Positions 27,843 through 39,100 of a DNA stretch of 64,000 nt are shown here, in pieces. Within the stretch, counting starts at the first letter, position 1; each line of letters starts with the position of its first letter. The notes beneath the pieces were generated by a model. It worked only from the letters and a program-made list of their open reading frames with translations. It was not told where the DNA came from and ran no database searches. Source of the stretch: Mantamonas sphyraenae STR306 (Eukaryota > Protista > CRuMs); NCBI GenBank assembly GCA_026936335.1, contig JAPMXV010000001.1, positions 62,001-126,000 of the forward strand, given 5' to 3'. A program made the translations under genes and the position numbers.

Positions 27843-28299
27843 TCAGCGCTCCTGGTCACTCGCCTTGGTCGAGCTGCCGCGTTGCCACGGTTTGGCAGGC
27901 GGTGGGCTTCCTTGCTTCAACTCGCCTCCCACAGGGCTGTCATCGATGTCTTGGCGCACGTCGCTGGGTGTCTTGCCCTGCTGAACCATCAGCACGAGTT
28001 CCTGAAACCCAAGCTCCGGGGTGTCCTCCTTCTCGTGGCCGTCCACGTGTTTGTCTGTGCTCTCACACGTGGTGTCACATTCACCCGAATTTCCCTGCTC
28101 TTGCTTTTGTTGCGCTTGCATTATGTACATCCTGCAACGCCTGCTCACCTGGCCCCAGGGCGTTTGCAGCAGTGGCGGCCAAGTCCGCACTCTCTCCCTC
28201 TGACGTGTCGACCACATCCCCGTTCCCTTCATCCGCCTGCACACGTCCCGCGCCCGCAACCATGGTACGCTGCCACTCTGGGATCTTGCCAGTGCTCAT
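27843..28299 (-). CDS. Small KPWE-domain protein (PEX39/C6orf226-like or Pex14-like KPWE module); frameshift at about 28105-28108
   Basis: ATG at 28299 (MSTGKIPEWQR...). Removing one A from the AAAA run joins it to ...LGFQELVLMVQQGKTPSDVRQDIDDSPVGGELKQGSPPPAKPWQRG, which fits the F.E...M...G..P..I..I.D.P...KPW(E/Q) pattern. Confidence 0.6.
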
Positions 28300-28385
28300 G
28301 GGGACCAAAACCACACTCTGGGCCACAAGAAAGGAAAGCTTTGTGCTGGGGTTGCGGCCGCTCCCATCATGCTCAATCTCCACTC

Positions 28386-31048
28386 TCATGCACTGGGACC
28401 CTCCGACTCGGCTTCGAGCACTTGCACACCCTCGACGGCAGGTACGTCGGCCCAGACCATGGCACCGCTGGCAAGCTTGGCGACAAGGTCCACGATGATG
28501 TCGACGTGGGCACGCACTTGACCCATGCTATCGCGCTCGCGCAGAGTGACAGTGTCGTCCTGACATGTGGTAAAGTCGACGGTGACACCAAAGGGAATGC
28601 CAATCTCGTCGGTACGTGCGTAGCGGCGGCCAATCTTGACGCCGCTGTCGTCCACGCGCACCGAAATGCCAGCGTCCTTGAGCTTGCGTGCGGCAGAGGC
28701 CACAAAGGGCTCAAACTCGACGTTGTTGCTCAGAGGCAGCACGGAGCAGGTGATGGGGGCCACCAGGGGCGGGAAAGCCAGCACACCGCGCTGCTCGTCG
28801 TCCTTGCGGATGTAAAAGACATTCTCAAACAGACAGTACAGGATGCGGCCGATGCCAAACGACGGCTCCACCACCGACGGCACATACTTTTCCACATGCG
28901 TGGTGGTCTTGGTGGTCTCGATCTCCACCGCATCGGGCTTGATCTCGAACGAGTTGCCATCCACGTCCACGTTGGCCACACCATCGGCCTCCAGCGTGGT
29001 TTGCAACTGCTTCACAGCCGCCTCGTCCAGGCCCTCGAGGTGGGCCATGACACCCTTGGCTTCCTTCTTGAACAGCTTGCCCAGCACCTTTTTCACTGGT
29101 TTGCACGTGAGCTTGGTCTCCACCAGAGGCTCGGCGAGGTCGCGTGAGGCCACCTGTTCCTTACCTGTGGCCTCGGCATGCTTGGTGAGGTCGTAGGCCG
29201 AGCGGTCAGCGCAGCCGACACACTCGATCCAACCGTAGGAGCACTGGATCTCTGCGTCCCAGCAGTCGCAGGCATAGTGGGCCATTTCGTGTTGCAAATG
29301 CTGGCGGAAGCGCAGGCGTTTGCTGGGCACACCGATGGCCTTGAGGAACTCGCTGGTGCGTGCAATGAAGTAGCCCAGGGTTTGGTTGTCCACCACGCCG
29401 TCAGCCACCGCATCGGCCATGGTCATCTCCACCGTGCCCTTGTTCGACAGCTGGTTCTCTCGAGGCAGCAATGTGATGGGAATGTCACAGATGCGCTCAA
29501 ACTTGGGGTGGTCCTTCTCGTTGGGGTGCGTAAAGTGTTCGATCTCGGCCATTTCAAATTCGCGCACACGCAGCAGACCCGAACGCGGAGCAATCTCATT
29601 GCGGAACGCCTTGCCCACCTGAGCGGCGGCAAAGGGCATCTTGAATTGGTTGAATTCCAACAGGCGGCGGAAGTTGACAAAGATGCCCTGGGCAGTCTCG
29701 GGCCGCATGAAACCCTGCAGATCACCGCGCGGACCAATGCTCGTGGCAAACATCAGGTTGAACGGGAAGGCCTTGCCCAGTGGGTTGCCACCCTCGGGAG
29801 ACTTGACATCGTACTCCTCAAACTTGGCGTCCAGTTCCTCGCAAGAGTAGCAATCGGCCTGGGCCATCACCAGGTTCAGCTCCTCACGCTGCTCCTTGCT
29901 CGTTGCCGTCGCCAGAAGCTCCTCCATCTTTGCTTCCAACAGGTGGTCGGCACGGTAGCACTCGCCCGTCACCTCGTCCTGCACCATGTTGTCGTTGAAG
30001 CGCGACACATGACCGCTTGCCCTGCGAAAAATGCGAGGAGCGGGTGAGCGAACTCGGCTGTGTTGGTACAGGGTGCAATGCCTGTGCCCTCTCTCTCTCT
30101 CATTGTCCAACCCTCTGCCTCTCTCTCTCTCTCTCTCTGATCCCACGAAAAGACAACTCACTTGAGCACAGGGTGGGGCGTGACACACACGCTTTCAATC
30201 TCAAGCATGCTCTCTTCCAGCACAAACCAGTTGCGCCACAGCTCCAGCAGCTTGTTCTTCACCGCCGTACCAGCGGGGCCGTAATCAAACAGACCAGCAA
30301 AGCCTGTGTGTCACGTGGGCGTGTCTGCAATGTCAGTCTGGGTGGCTCTGGGGTACCCACAAAGGACTTGGTGCCCCCTTCCGACGCCACTCTCTGTGTC
30401 CCGCGCTCCGATCCGCGCGCAATGGCAGCAAGAAGCCACAGCAAGCACCAATGTGTGCTCCTTGTGTGCCACACTCCCTTCTCTCTCCACCAATCATGAG
30501 AAGATCTGCACACGCGGAATCCGTCGAACAGGACGCAAGTTCCGGCGAAAAATGCACTGGCTGCTGGGCGCCTCGGCCCAACCGGGTACAGCGCATGCAC
30601 AACGCTCTCACTCTCCACCGGGAGGCAACGGGAGGCGGGAGGGGCATGGCCAGACACCAACACGTAACGACGAAACAGAACACGTACCGCCATAGATTTC
30701 AAAGCTTGGGGCAAAGAAAAATCTGCGGGATGGGAATGTTGTCAGTACCAGGCAGGGTTGCGACACAGAGAGAAGAGAGAGAGATATAAACAAGAAGAGA
30801 GGTGCGGAAACTGACCGTCGCTTGAGCAAATCCTCGAGATCGCTGCGGTTCCAGCGGTCGCCGAGCTTCTCGACCATGCCGGCGAGGACGGCCTTGAGCT
30901 GCTTGAGCTTCTCAACCTCCTGGGCCACCACTTCGGCACTCTCGTTCTTGGACTTGAGGGAGCGCACAAGGTCAGCCTGGGCCTCGACGGCCTGGCGTGC
31001 CTCTTCCATGGCTTGTTCCGTGGGTTCGTTGTCTTCGACAGTCGACAT
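28386..31048 (-). CDS. GARS1: Glycyl-tRNA synthetase (eukaryotic homodimeric type) with N-terminal WHEP-like domain; exons 31048-30816, 30722-30688, 30303-30162, 30021-28386
   Basis: Spliced translation gives RRFFFAPSFEIYGG, GLFDYGP, SGHVSRF, FNLMFATSIGP, MRPETAQGIF, FRNEIAPRSGLLRVREFEMAEIEHF, EMAHYACDCWD, EPSFGIGR and IGRRYARTDEIG. All three GT-AG introns are phase-compatible. Confidence 0.97.
30088..30138. repeat. Two (CT)n/(GA)n microsatellite tracts in GARS intron 3
   Basis: ctctctct runs near 30088-30101 and 30119-30138. Confidence 0.85.
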
Positions 31049-31307
31049 GTCGCGTTTTCGGGTGGCAGCGCAGACGCACATGTCCACACGTGGACAAGCA
31101 GCCCTCCCTACGTCAGCGTCAAGAGTGCCACAGAGGGAAGTGGGTGTTGGGGATGGGAGTTTGAGGGGGGGTGTTTCATGGAATTTGGGTCTTCCTGCGC
31201 TTTCCGAGGCAGGAGAACCAAGAAACCAATCCCCAGGCAAGCACCGAGCGACAGCCTTCCTTTTGCAACAACAAGCAAGACCAGAAACCAAGAACCACCC
31301 GGAGCCC
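31049..31307. promoter_or_regulatory. Putative bidirectional promoter between GARS1 and the RRM gene, containing a G-quadruplex-type motif (31135-31171)
   Basis: 259 bp lie between the divergent ATGs. The + strand reads GGG-AAGT-GGG-TGTT-GGGG-AT-GGG-AGTTTGA-GGGGGGG. Confidence 0.5.
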
Positions 31308-32791
31308 ATGAGTACCAACGATAGCAACGAGAGCAGCGGCACGGAAGGCCAAAACACCATCAAGGTGTTTGTTGGCAACCTGCGCTTCAAGACCACACCC
31401 GAGACGCTCAAGGAGGTGTTTGCAGCACACGGCAACGTGTAAGTGACAACTGACGTGGCACACATGCATACGCATGGGCGTAGAGTCGTGCTGGCCGGTG
31501 TGCGAGCGTGTGGACTCGTCCACGGGCGCCACAGGGACGGGAGCCCGGCGGCGCAGCTTGGGGAGCTTTGCCGGGAAAAAAACGGCAGTTCGCTGACGCT
31601 TGTTTGTGGGCACCCACGACACACAGGCTGTCTGCAAACATCATCTACCGTGGCACGCGCTCCAAGGGCTACGGCTTTGTGGAGTACGGCACCCTCGAGG
31701 AGGCCGAGGCTGCGATTGCCAAGCTGAACGGCACCGAGATTGACGAGCGCGAAGTCAGCGTCGAGCTCGCAAACCCGCGCGAGGTGAGTTTTCTCGTGCC
31801 TCCTTTTGTACTGTGCACCCTTCCACAACGATGCGCTTTTCGCTGCCTCTGCACACATCATGCCCACGCGCGCGTGCACACCCCCGCTCTGCCCGCTGAC
31901 TCCAACGCATGCCCGACCCCGCCTTCTGCAACGAAAACTCGCTGGGGTGGAAAACACCCTCTTCTGCGCTTGGCCAAAAATCGTGTGCCCACCCTGCTTT
32001 TTCTTGCACCACAGGTTTCCGAAGAGAGTGAGTTGTCCCACGTGCATCCCTTGGCGAAGCCTCATGTCCCTCTGCACAGCATATGCCATCTTCCCCTCCT
32101 CCCAGCTCGCCCCTGTGGCGCTGCGCCGTGTGCAGGGAAACTGCGCCAGAGGGCGGGCCCCTGCAAAAAAACGTCCTGGACACACCGCTGCGTTTCCGCC
32201 CTTGCTGCGCAAGACCACATGGCTTGGAGACGCAGCAGCGCACGTGTGTCAACAGCATTTTGATGCACAGCATTGCGTTTCCCCCGTCTGCGCTTCCTGC
32301 CTGCACACGCGCTTCCCACGTACACAACCTCTGACAAGAATCCGCTGCCCTGCGTGTGACACCCTTTCTCAGAGAAACCGGCTGGCAAGAAGCGCAAGCC
32401 GCGACGCCGCAACCGCAACGCTTCGCAGCAGGAAGGCGAGGGTGCGTCTGGCGATGCCGAGCAGGACAACGGACGCGACAAGCGCGATGGCCCGCAGCTG
32501 AACGCTGATGGTCACCTGCACACGTCCAACGCCTGCTTCATCGCCAACCTGCCCTTTTCGCTGGAGAGCGACGCCCTCAAGGAGCTCTTTGTCGAGTTTG
32601 GTGTCAGCACCGCGCGCGTGGCTCGCCGCCGCACTGGCAAGAGCAAGGGTTACGGCTTTGTCGAGATGCAGACTGCCGAAGGCCAGCAGAATGCCATTGC
32701 CCAGATGGACGGCAAGGAGGTCGACGGACGTGTCATTTCCGTCACGGCTGCCAAGCCCCTGGAGGCTGGAGAGTCCAGCTCCGACGAGTAA
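31308..32791 (+). CDS. Two-RRM RNA-binding protein; exons 31308-31438, 31627-31783, 32015-32027 (13-nt microexon), 32373-32791
   Basis: RRM1 has VFVGNL and SKGYGFVEY; a basic linker KPAGKKRKPRRRNRN follows; RRM2 has CFIANL and SKGYGFVEM. Splice phases match with the CAG|GTTTCCGAAGAGA|GTGAGT microexon. Confidence 0.88.
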
Positions 32792-33146
32792 GTGTGCAAG
32801 CGACACTGCTTGCTTGCTGCTGCGCCCTGCGTCTCTGTGTGTCTGCGCGTGAAGTTTGCGTGAGCACATCGAAAGCAAGACAAACCCCCAAGCACACACA
32901 TTGTCAAGGAAGACAAAGGACGGTGCGATGTGTGTTGTTTCTTTGACAAATCAAGCATGCTTGCCTGTGTCCCGTTCTCCGCCCTTTGCTCCCGCCCATT
33001 GTTCATTCCTTCGATTGCCACCTGGCAGGCCCTTTCTTGCAAAGCGAATTCATGCATCGTGTGCTGCTTGGGCAGTGTCCCGTTCCTCCCCCCCCCCTCC
33101 CCCTCCCCCTAGCCATGCAACCAAACCTCTCTTCCACCCCTCAGCG

Positions 33147-36009
33147 ATGTCCGCTCCGCAGCGCGTTTACGAGCTCAATCCCGAGTGGTTTGTTTGCCAT
33201 GACCCGAACACCGGCAGGGACTTTTATGCCCACAAGGCCAGCGGCAAAGTGCAGTGGAACGCACCTGAGTACGTTTTGACGATTGCGCGAGTTTTCGTTC
33301 CCCGCCGCTCACACCCCACCCGCCGCCTTCACACGGCACAGCCCTGCACCCGAACCCGAACCCGAACCCGAGCCTGAACCTGAACCTGAACCCGAGCCTG
33401 AAGAACCGGCCAAGCCCAAGGAGAGGTACACCGAGCTGTTTGACACAAACACCCAGCGGCCGTACTACCTCCATGAGGCGTCCAAAAAGACTCAGTGGAA
33501 CAAGCCCGAGTCCGGCGTGCTCACCATCAAGAAGACGGGCCAGGTCATCGACCTGGACACGGGCGACATCATCACCCAGGGGGTCTCTGCAGAGGTGCAG
33601 TCCAAGCCCAAGAAGACTGCTGTTGCCGCCCTGCAAAAGGCCGAAGGCGGCGGCGGGGACGTCAGCGCGCCAGCAGCTGGTACGCCAACCAGTCCGAGAT
33701 GGCAGACATCCAACAGGCCCTCGACGCACAGGAAAAGGCAGAGGCTGAAGAATGGATCCTTCCTGAGGGCTGGATCAAGGTACGTGCGCCTATGTTTTGC
33801 CAGGCCCCAATTTGGCAAGCAGCCGAACCCTCTCGCTTTTTGCCACTCAGGCCAGCCCGTTTTGTGCCCCCTTTCCCTACACCCACGCAGCTCACACACT
33901 CACCACTCTAACCCGCTCTCCCTGCCTCACCTCTCCATCTCCACCCTGTGCAGCTCTTTGACAAGAACACGGGCAAGGACTACTACGTCAACAAGGGAAC
34001 GGGCAAGTCCCAATGGCGGTTGCCTGAAGGCGCCACCAAGAAGAGCGCCAACACCAACACCAACACCACCACCACCACCACCACCAACCAGACCCAGCAG
34101 CAGGCCGCCGAGCAGCAGCCCAAGCAGCCCAAGACCCAGGAATCCTCCTCGGCCGACGACACCGTACGTTTTTCCAGTTGCTGGAGCCCGTTTTTTTGGT
34201 CGCCTCTCTCTCGTCATCCCTTTCCCTCTCCCCACCCAACTACAACTGCCCGCCATTCCTTCCTGCATCCCCGTCTCCCTTGCTCCTTGACCATCCTGCA
34301 TTTGTTGCTCGCCTTGGCACCTGCCCTCTGCCCCGTGCACACGCTAACATAACCACTGCACCGCCACACACGCCTTGACCCAAACCACCCCCCAACCTGG
34401 CACAATCCCGGTATTTTACGTTTTCCTCCTCCCCTTGCCCTGCCCTTTCCCGTCTCGTCCTGCCCTGTCTCGTGCCTCCCTGGCCTGTCCCGCTCTCCCA
34501 CCTGTGTCCGCGTGCGTGCTCCTCCTCTGTCGTCGTGGCTACCTCTGCGGGTGTGCCACGACTGAAAAACACAGATCGACACCACCAGCACAACCAGCTC
34601 TACCACCAGCTCGGGCTCCACGAGCACATCTGCAGGCTCGTCGTCTGGCAAGCCCTTGCGCTCGCAGTCAGACCTCATCTCCTCCGGGCTGGTACGTACT
34701 CCGAGCATGGTGGGAGGCAAACGTGGCTCCATGCCGGGCCTTCCGCCACAGCTTGCTTCTGACATCCACAAATTCAAGATGGATGACTTTGCCAGTTCCT
34801 TCTTCCAGACCAAGAAAAAGGGTCTCTTTAAGAAGAGCATGCCCGTCGACGAGCTCATCTCCTTCAACCCCAAGCCTATTTCCAGGCCCCTTTTCAACAA
34901 CCTGCCCAAGGATCTCACCAAGGAGGCCGTCGAGGTCCACAAGCTCATTCTCATCTACTGTGGCGACAGGTCGGACAACAAGAAGCGCACCCCGCAAGCC
35001 GTCGCCAAACTTATTATCCGCAAAGGTTTCCAGGCCGCCGACCTCCGCGACGAGATCCTTCTCCAGCTCGTCAAACAGTCCACAAAGAACCCCAACCCGT
35101 ACGTGTGTGCCACCAACCCTCCCAATGCTCGTCCCTTCTGCCATCTCCGTCTCCCTCACACACTCACCCAACCCCCCCCCCCCCTTCCACAGCGAGTCTG
35201 AACTCAAGGTCTGGGCACTCATGGGCCTCGCATGCTCCACCTTCAAGCCCTCGTCCATGTTTGAGGCCTACTTTGTCAAGTCCCTGCACGGTGTGATGAG
35301 CGACGCCGACGAGGAAAAGATCATGCTCAGCGCAAAGTATGCGTACCGCAAGGTGCAGAACATGATCAAGGTCGGCCCGCGCAAGACCATGCCCACCGAC
35401 TTTGAGTTTGCCAACGCCGAGGAGGCCCCCTTTGACCCCTTTGTGTACGAAAACTCCATCGAAGACATCATGGCCCGCCAGCAGCAGGGTGAGTTCTCGG
35501 GCGAGCCCGTGCCCCATGTGCTCCCGTTCCTTACCGAGGCCATCCTCGAAAACGGTGGCGAGTCCCAGGAGGGCATCTTCCGTGTCCCTGCAGATGCCGA
35601 CGAAGTCCACTCCCTCCGCCTTCGCATCGACAAGGGCGACTACTCCATGGAGTTTGACGAGCCCAATCTGCCTGCTGCTCTCCTCAAGCTCTTCCTCCGT
35701 CGCCTGGCGGAGCCCCTCGTGCCTGACGACCTGTACAAATCGGCCATCCAACAGCACTCCAACCCCAAGGGCTGCCTGGAAATCATGCAACAGACCACAG
35801 AGGTCTCACAGGCGGTCGGTGCCTTTGTCATCGACTTTCTCCGCAACCTGTCCCAACACGCGGCCAAGACCAAGATGGATGAGGACAACCTGGCCATGGT
35901 GTTTGCTCCCTCCTTCCTCCGCTGCCCCGAGGACAACCCACAGATGATCCTCGAAAACACCAAACTCGAAAAGGACTTTGTCCGCAACCTCATGGACGTC
36001 CTTCAATGA
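33147..36009 (+). CDS. ARHGAP39: WW x3 - MyTH4 - RhoGAP protein (ARHGAP39/Vilse family); exons 33147-33268, 33342-33779 (frameshift about 33655-33658), 33954-34163, 34575-35098, 35193-36009
   Basis: Three WW-like domains (WFVCHDPNTGRDFY..VQWNAP; YTELFDTNTQRPYY..TQWNKP; LPEGWIKLFDKNTGKDYY..SQWRLP). MyTH4 motif LILIYCGDR...LRDEILLQLVKQSTKNP. RhoGAP motifs EGIFRVP (arginine finger), AALLKLFLRRL and TKMDEDNLAMVFAPSFLR. Confidence 0.88.
33348..33402 (+). repeat. Coding hexanucleotide repeat (CCNGAR)n encoding a (Pro-Glu)n linker
   Basis: cccgaacccgaacccgaacccgagcctgaacctgaacctgaacccgagcctgaa. Confidence 0.85.
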
Positions 36010-36123
36010 ACCCTGCAGCATCGTCAGATGAACAGACAGACCAGACCACACAGACAGAGCCTGAGGGTGTGAGTGCGCAGCGAGGAACGGCGAACGTTGG
36101 CATCGCCAACGAAAACAAACAAA

Positions 36124-39100
36124 ATGTCCCAGTATGATGAGGCCATGGCGTTGATCGAGGAGGACTCGTATATTTCCTCCTCGTCTGACGACGACGCTGA
36201 CGAACTCACCACGGTGGCCATGCGTGGGCGACCCGCGGGCAACAACACCGGCGGCTCAAATGCCGCTGCGCGCCGTCCCGCCGCCGTGCGTGTCCAGATC
36301 AAGCGCTCGTCAGCCTCCCCGTCCCCACGCATGGGCCGTCGTTCAAGCCGGCCTTCCCTCAATAGCTCACGTTCCTCCTCTCCGGGTGTCATGGTCAGCG
36401 GCGTCCTGCTGAACGAGCCGGCCATGCGCCGCCTCTCGGCGGCTTCCGATAGCCAGGTCTCCACTCCAGGAGACGAAACCCCACCTCCTCCTCCAGAGGA
36501 AGAGGATGAAGACGATGGACACGAGGAGGACGAACCCAACAATGACATGGACGACGACAACGACGACGACGACGACGAAAACGACGGGGATGTCCCCGAC
36601 CCGCCGCCGCCGGAGGAACAGGACGAGGCGGAGGACGACCAACCAGGGACACCACCCACCGAACTCGCCCAAGACAGCGACGACGACATCGGCGAACCAT
36701 CGGATAGCGATTCAGACATGGATAGCAGCGACAGCGACGATGGAGGCGTCGTCTCTGTGGCTACAAAGGCGAGGCGTACAGTTCCCGGTCAGCCTGAAAC
36801 GCTTTCTTCTTCTCGCCGCTCCTCGACGTCCAAGGCTGCTGGCCAAGCCCCCGCAGGCCAAGCCACAGTTTCCACTGGCCAAGGCACGTCCCCCACTGCC
36901 TCGACGAGCTCCACTGCCTCTACCAAGGGCGCACAGGACGCGGGAGCCCAATCTTCCAGAGCCGCGCCCGCGGACCGATCCAAACGCCGCCCCAGCGCTC
37001 ATCCCCTCCAAGCCTCCAGGCCCTCTCTGATGAGCAACATGTCGCCTGTGCACGACGATGACGAGGATGAGGAAGAGGAGAGGAGCCCCACCCGCTCTCT
37101 GGAGAGAACTCGCAGTGTGGTGTCTGGCACCATCCCGTCGCAACTCGACCAGCTCGTCTCTTCCCTCACCTACAATGACGACGACGAAACGTCCGACAGC
37201 GACCGCGACTCTGTTGAAGATCTGCCCGTAGACACGGCCCTTGTGTCCCAGCCATCCAGTGGCCGCAGCAGCGTCGACAACGACACAGACAACGACCTGG
37301 ACGACGCAGACATCGCCATCATCAACTATGTGCGTTTTTGCAATCACCCTCGCCCCATGCGCTTCACACTCACACACACTCACACACTGACACTCAACAC
37401 TCACTCCCTCACCCTCACCCCTGCCCACCTCAGGATCGCGTCGAGCGCTTGCGACTCGGCAACTCTGCGTTCCTCCAACACAACACAGAGGATATGCCCT
37501 TCTTCACCGCAAACCTTGCGGCACAGCTAAACACAGAACATGCGCACGACGACCACAGTCGACAGCGCCCCACTGTACACGACCTTCAAGCCGACACAGA
37601 AGCGGCAACGTCCACACGCTCTTCTCGTGTGCGTTTCGCCACCGACGACGACGACGACGACGAAGATTCCGCAAACGGCGTCTCTGCAACCACAGTCTCT
37701 GATTCCAAGGCGGGTGCAACCAACGCCAGCAGCAGTCGTCACGGCTCCTCCTCCTCCGCCGCAAGCTCCTCCACGAGCCGTAGGACGAGCACGACCGAGG
37801 TGTCCATCAAGGACAAGAACGGCCATACAGTCATCCCGCGTGGGGCTTTGGTCAACTCCGTCGCCTCGTCGCGCAACTCTCGCCTCAGTCGTCTCAGTGT
37901 CACCTCCATGAACCAATTGCGCACAAAACGGGCCCCGGGTATTTTCGCAGGCAGGACCGGAGGCATCAAGTTTGTCGACATCGGTGATGTGGACGATGAG
38001 GACGAAGGCGATGAAGTCGAATCCCTGTGGGCCCCATCCGACCAGACCGGAGGCGCCGAACAGGAGCAAGCTCAAGACTCTGCCGCCGGCACAGGTCCTG
38101 CCTCTGGCGACCAACCCACCGAGCAGGACCACATGACTCAACATGCAAAGGTTGTGCAAAAGGCAAAGGTGCTGATCCACCAGTACGACCTGCCCCTGTA
38201 CCTCGGTACCATCGAGTCATTCTGCATCTACCTCGGCGAGATTCCCAGTGCAAGTGACCCCAAGATCATCGACCTTGTGCATGACTTTGACATGCTTGTC
38301 CTCGATCCCATTGCCGTCGCCGGTGGCGTCATGCACTCTGTCCAACGCCACAGCAACACCGTCCTTCTCGCACGCATCCCCATCCGCCAGAACGGCCGTC
38401 TGGTGCCCCACAAAAACCTGAAGAACCAGATCATGCGCATGCTCAACCAGGGCAACATGGATGGCGTCTACTTTGCCGACCTCGAGGACGAATCTCTCGA
38501 CCCGGCAGACGTCAACGCCCTCCTCACAGCCGTGCTCAAGGATGTGGCCGCCAAGCGTGACCACGACGATTCCATCCAGGCCAAACGCGGTATCTTTGTC
38601 ATTGAGGGTGGTGCAGACATCCTCTACGGAGAACTGCCAGCCAAAGTTCACGGCGCCGTCATTGTCAACCCCACCATGAACCGTGACGGCTCCTACAAGC
38701 TCATGCACGGTCTCGAGTACCAAAAGCAAAACGCCTTTTTGAAGAAGCTGGTGTCATTCAACCAGTTCCGCGTCGACTTTCGCATTTTTGCCCTCGAAGT
38801 CGTCAACGACGAGGCCATGGTCCAACCCGAGGTGTACACTCGATTTGTGGACTACTGTAACACCAACAACACCATCGGCTGGGTGCAAGTCGACCCCTTT
38901 GCCACAGATCTTAACCAGGTGCTGCCCCTCAACATGGAACCCGTGGGTTGCATGGCCCTCATGGGCCTGCCCGAGCTCACCACCCTCTTCAAGGCCACCG
39001 AGCAGCACGAAAAAGCCCCACGCAGGGAACGCACAAAGAGCAGACGCGCACGCTTCGGTCACTTTGACTGGGCTGCCATTGTCGAAAACTACGGTGGCGT

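Noticed and set aside
30304-30687. Possible snoRNA or other ncRNA in the long GARS1 intron 2
   Set aside because: No convincing C/D boxes with a terminal stem, H/ACA layout or RNase P/MRP consensus could be identified by eye.
32788-33144. GTAAGT overlapping the RRM stop and a CAG just before the ARHGAP39 ATG, suggesting a spliced fusion
   Set aside because: Joining them puts ARHGAP39 out of frame, and there is no consensus branch point before the CAG.
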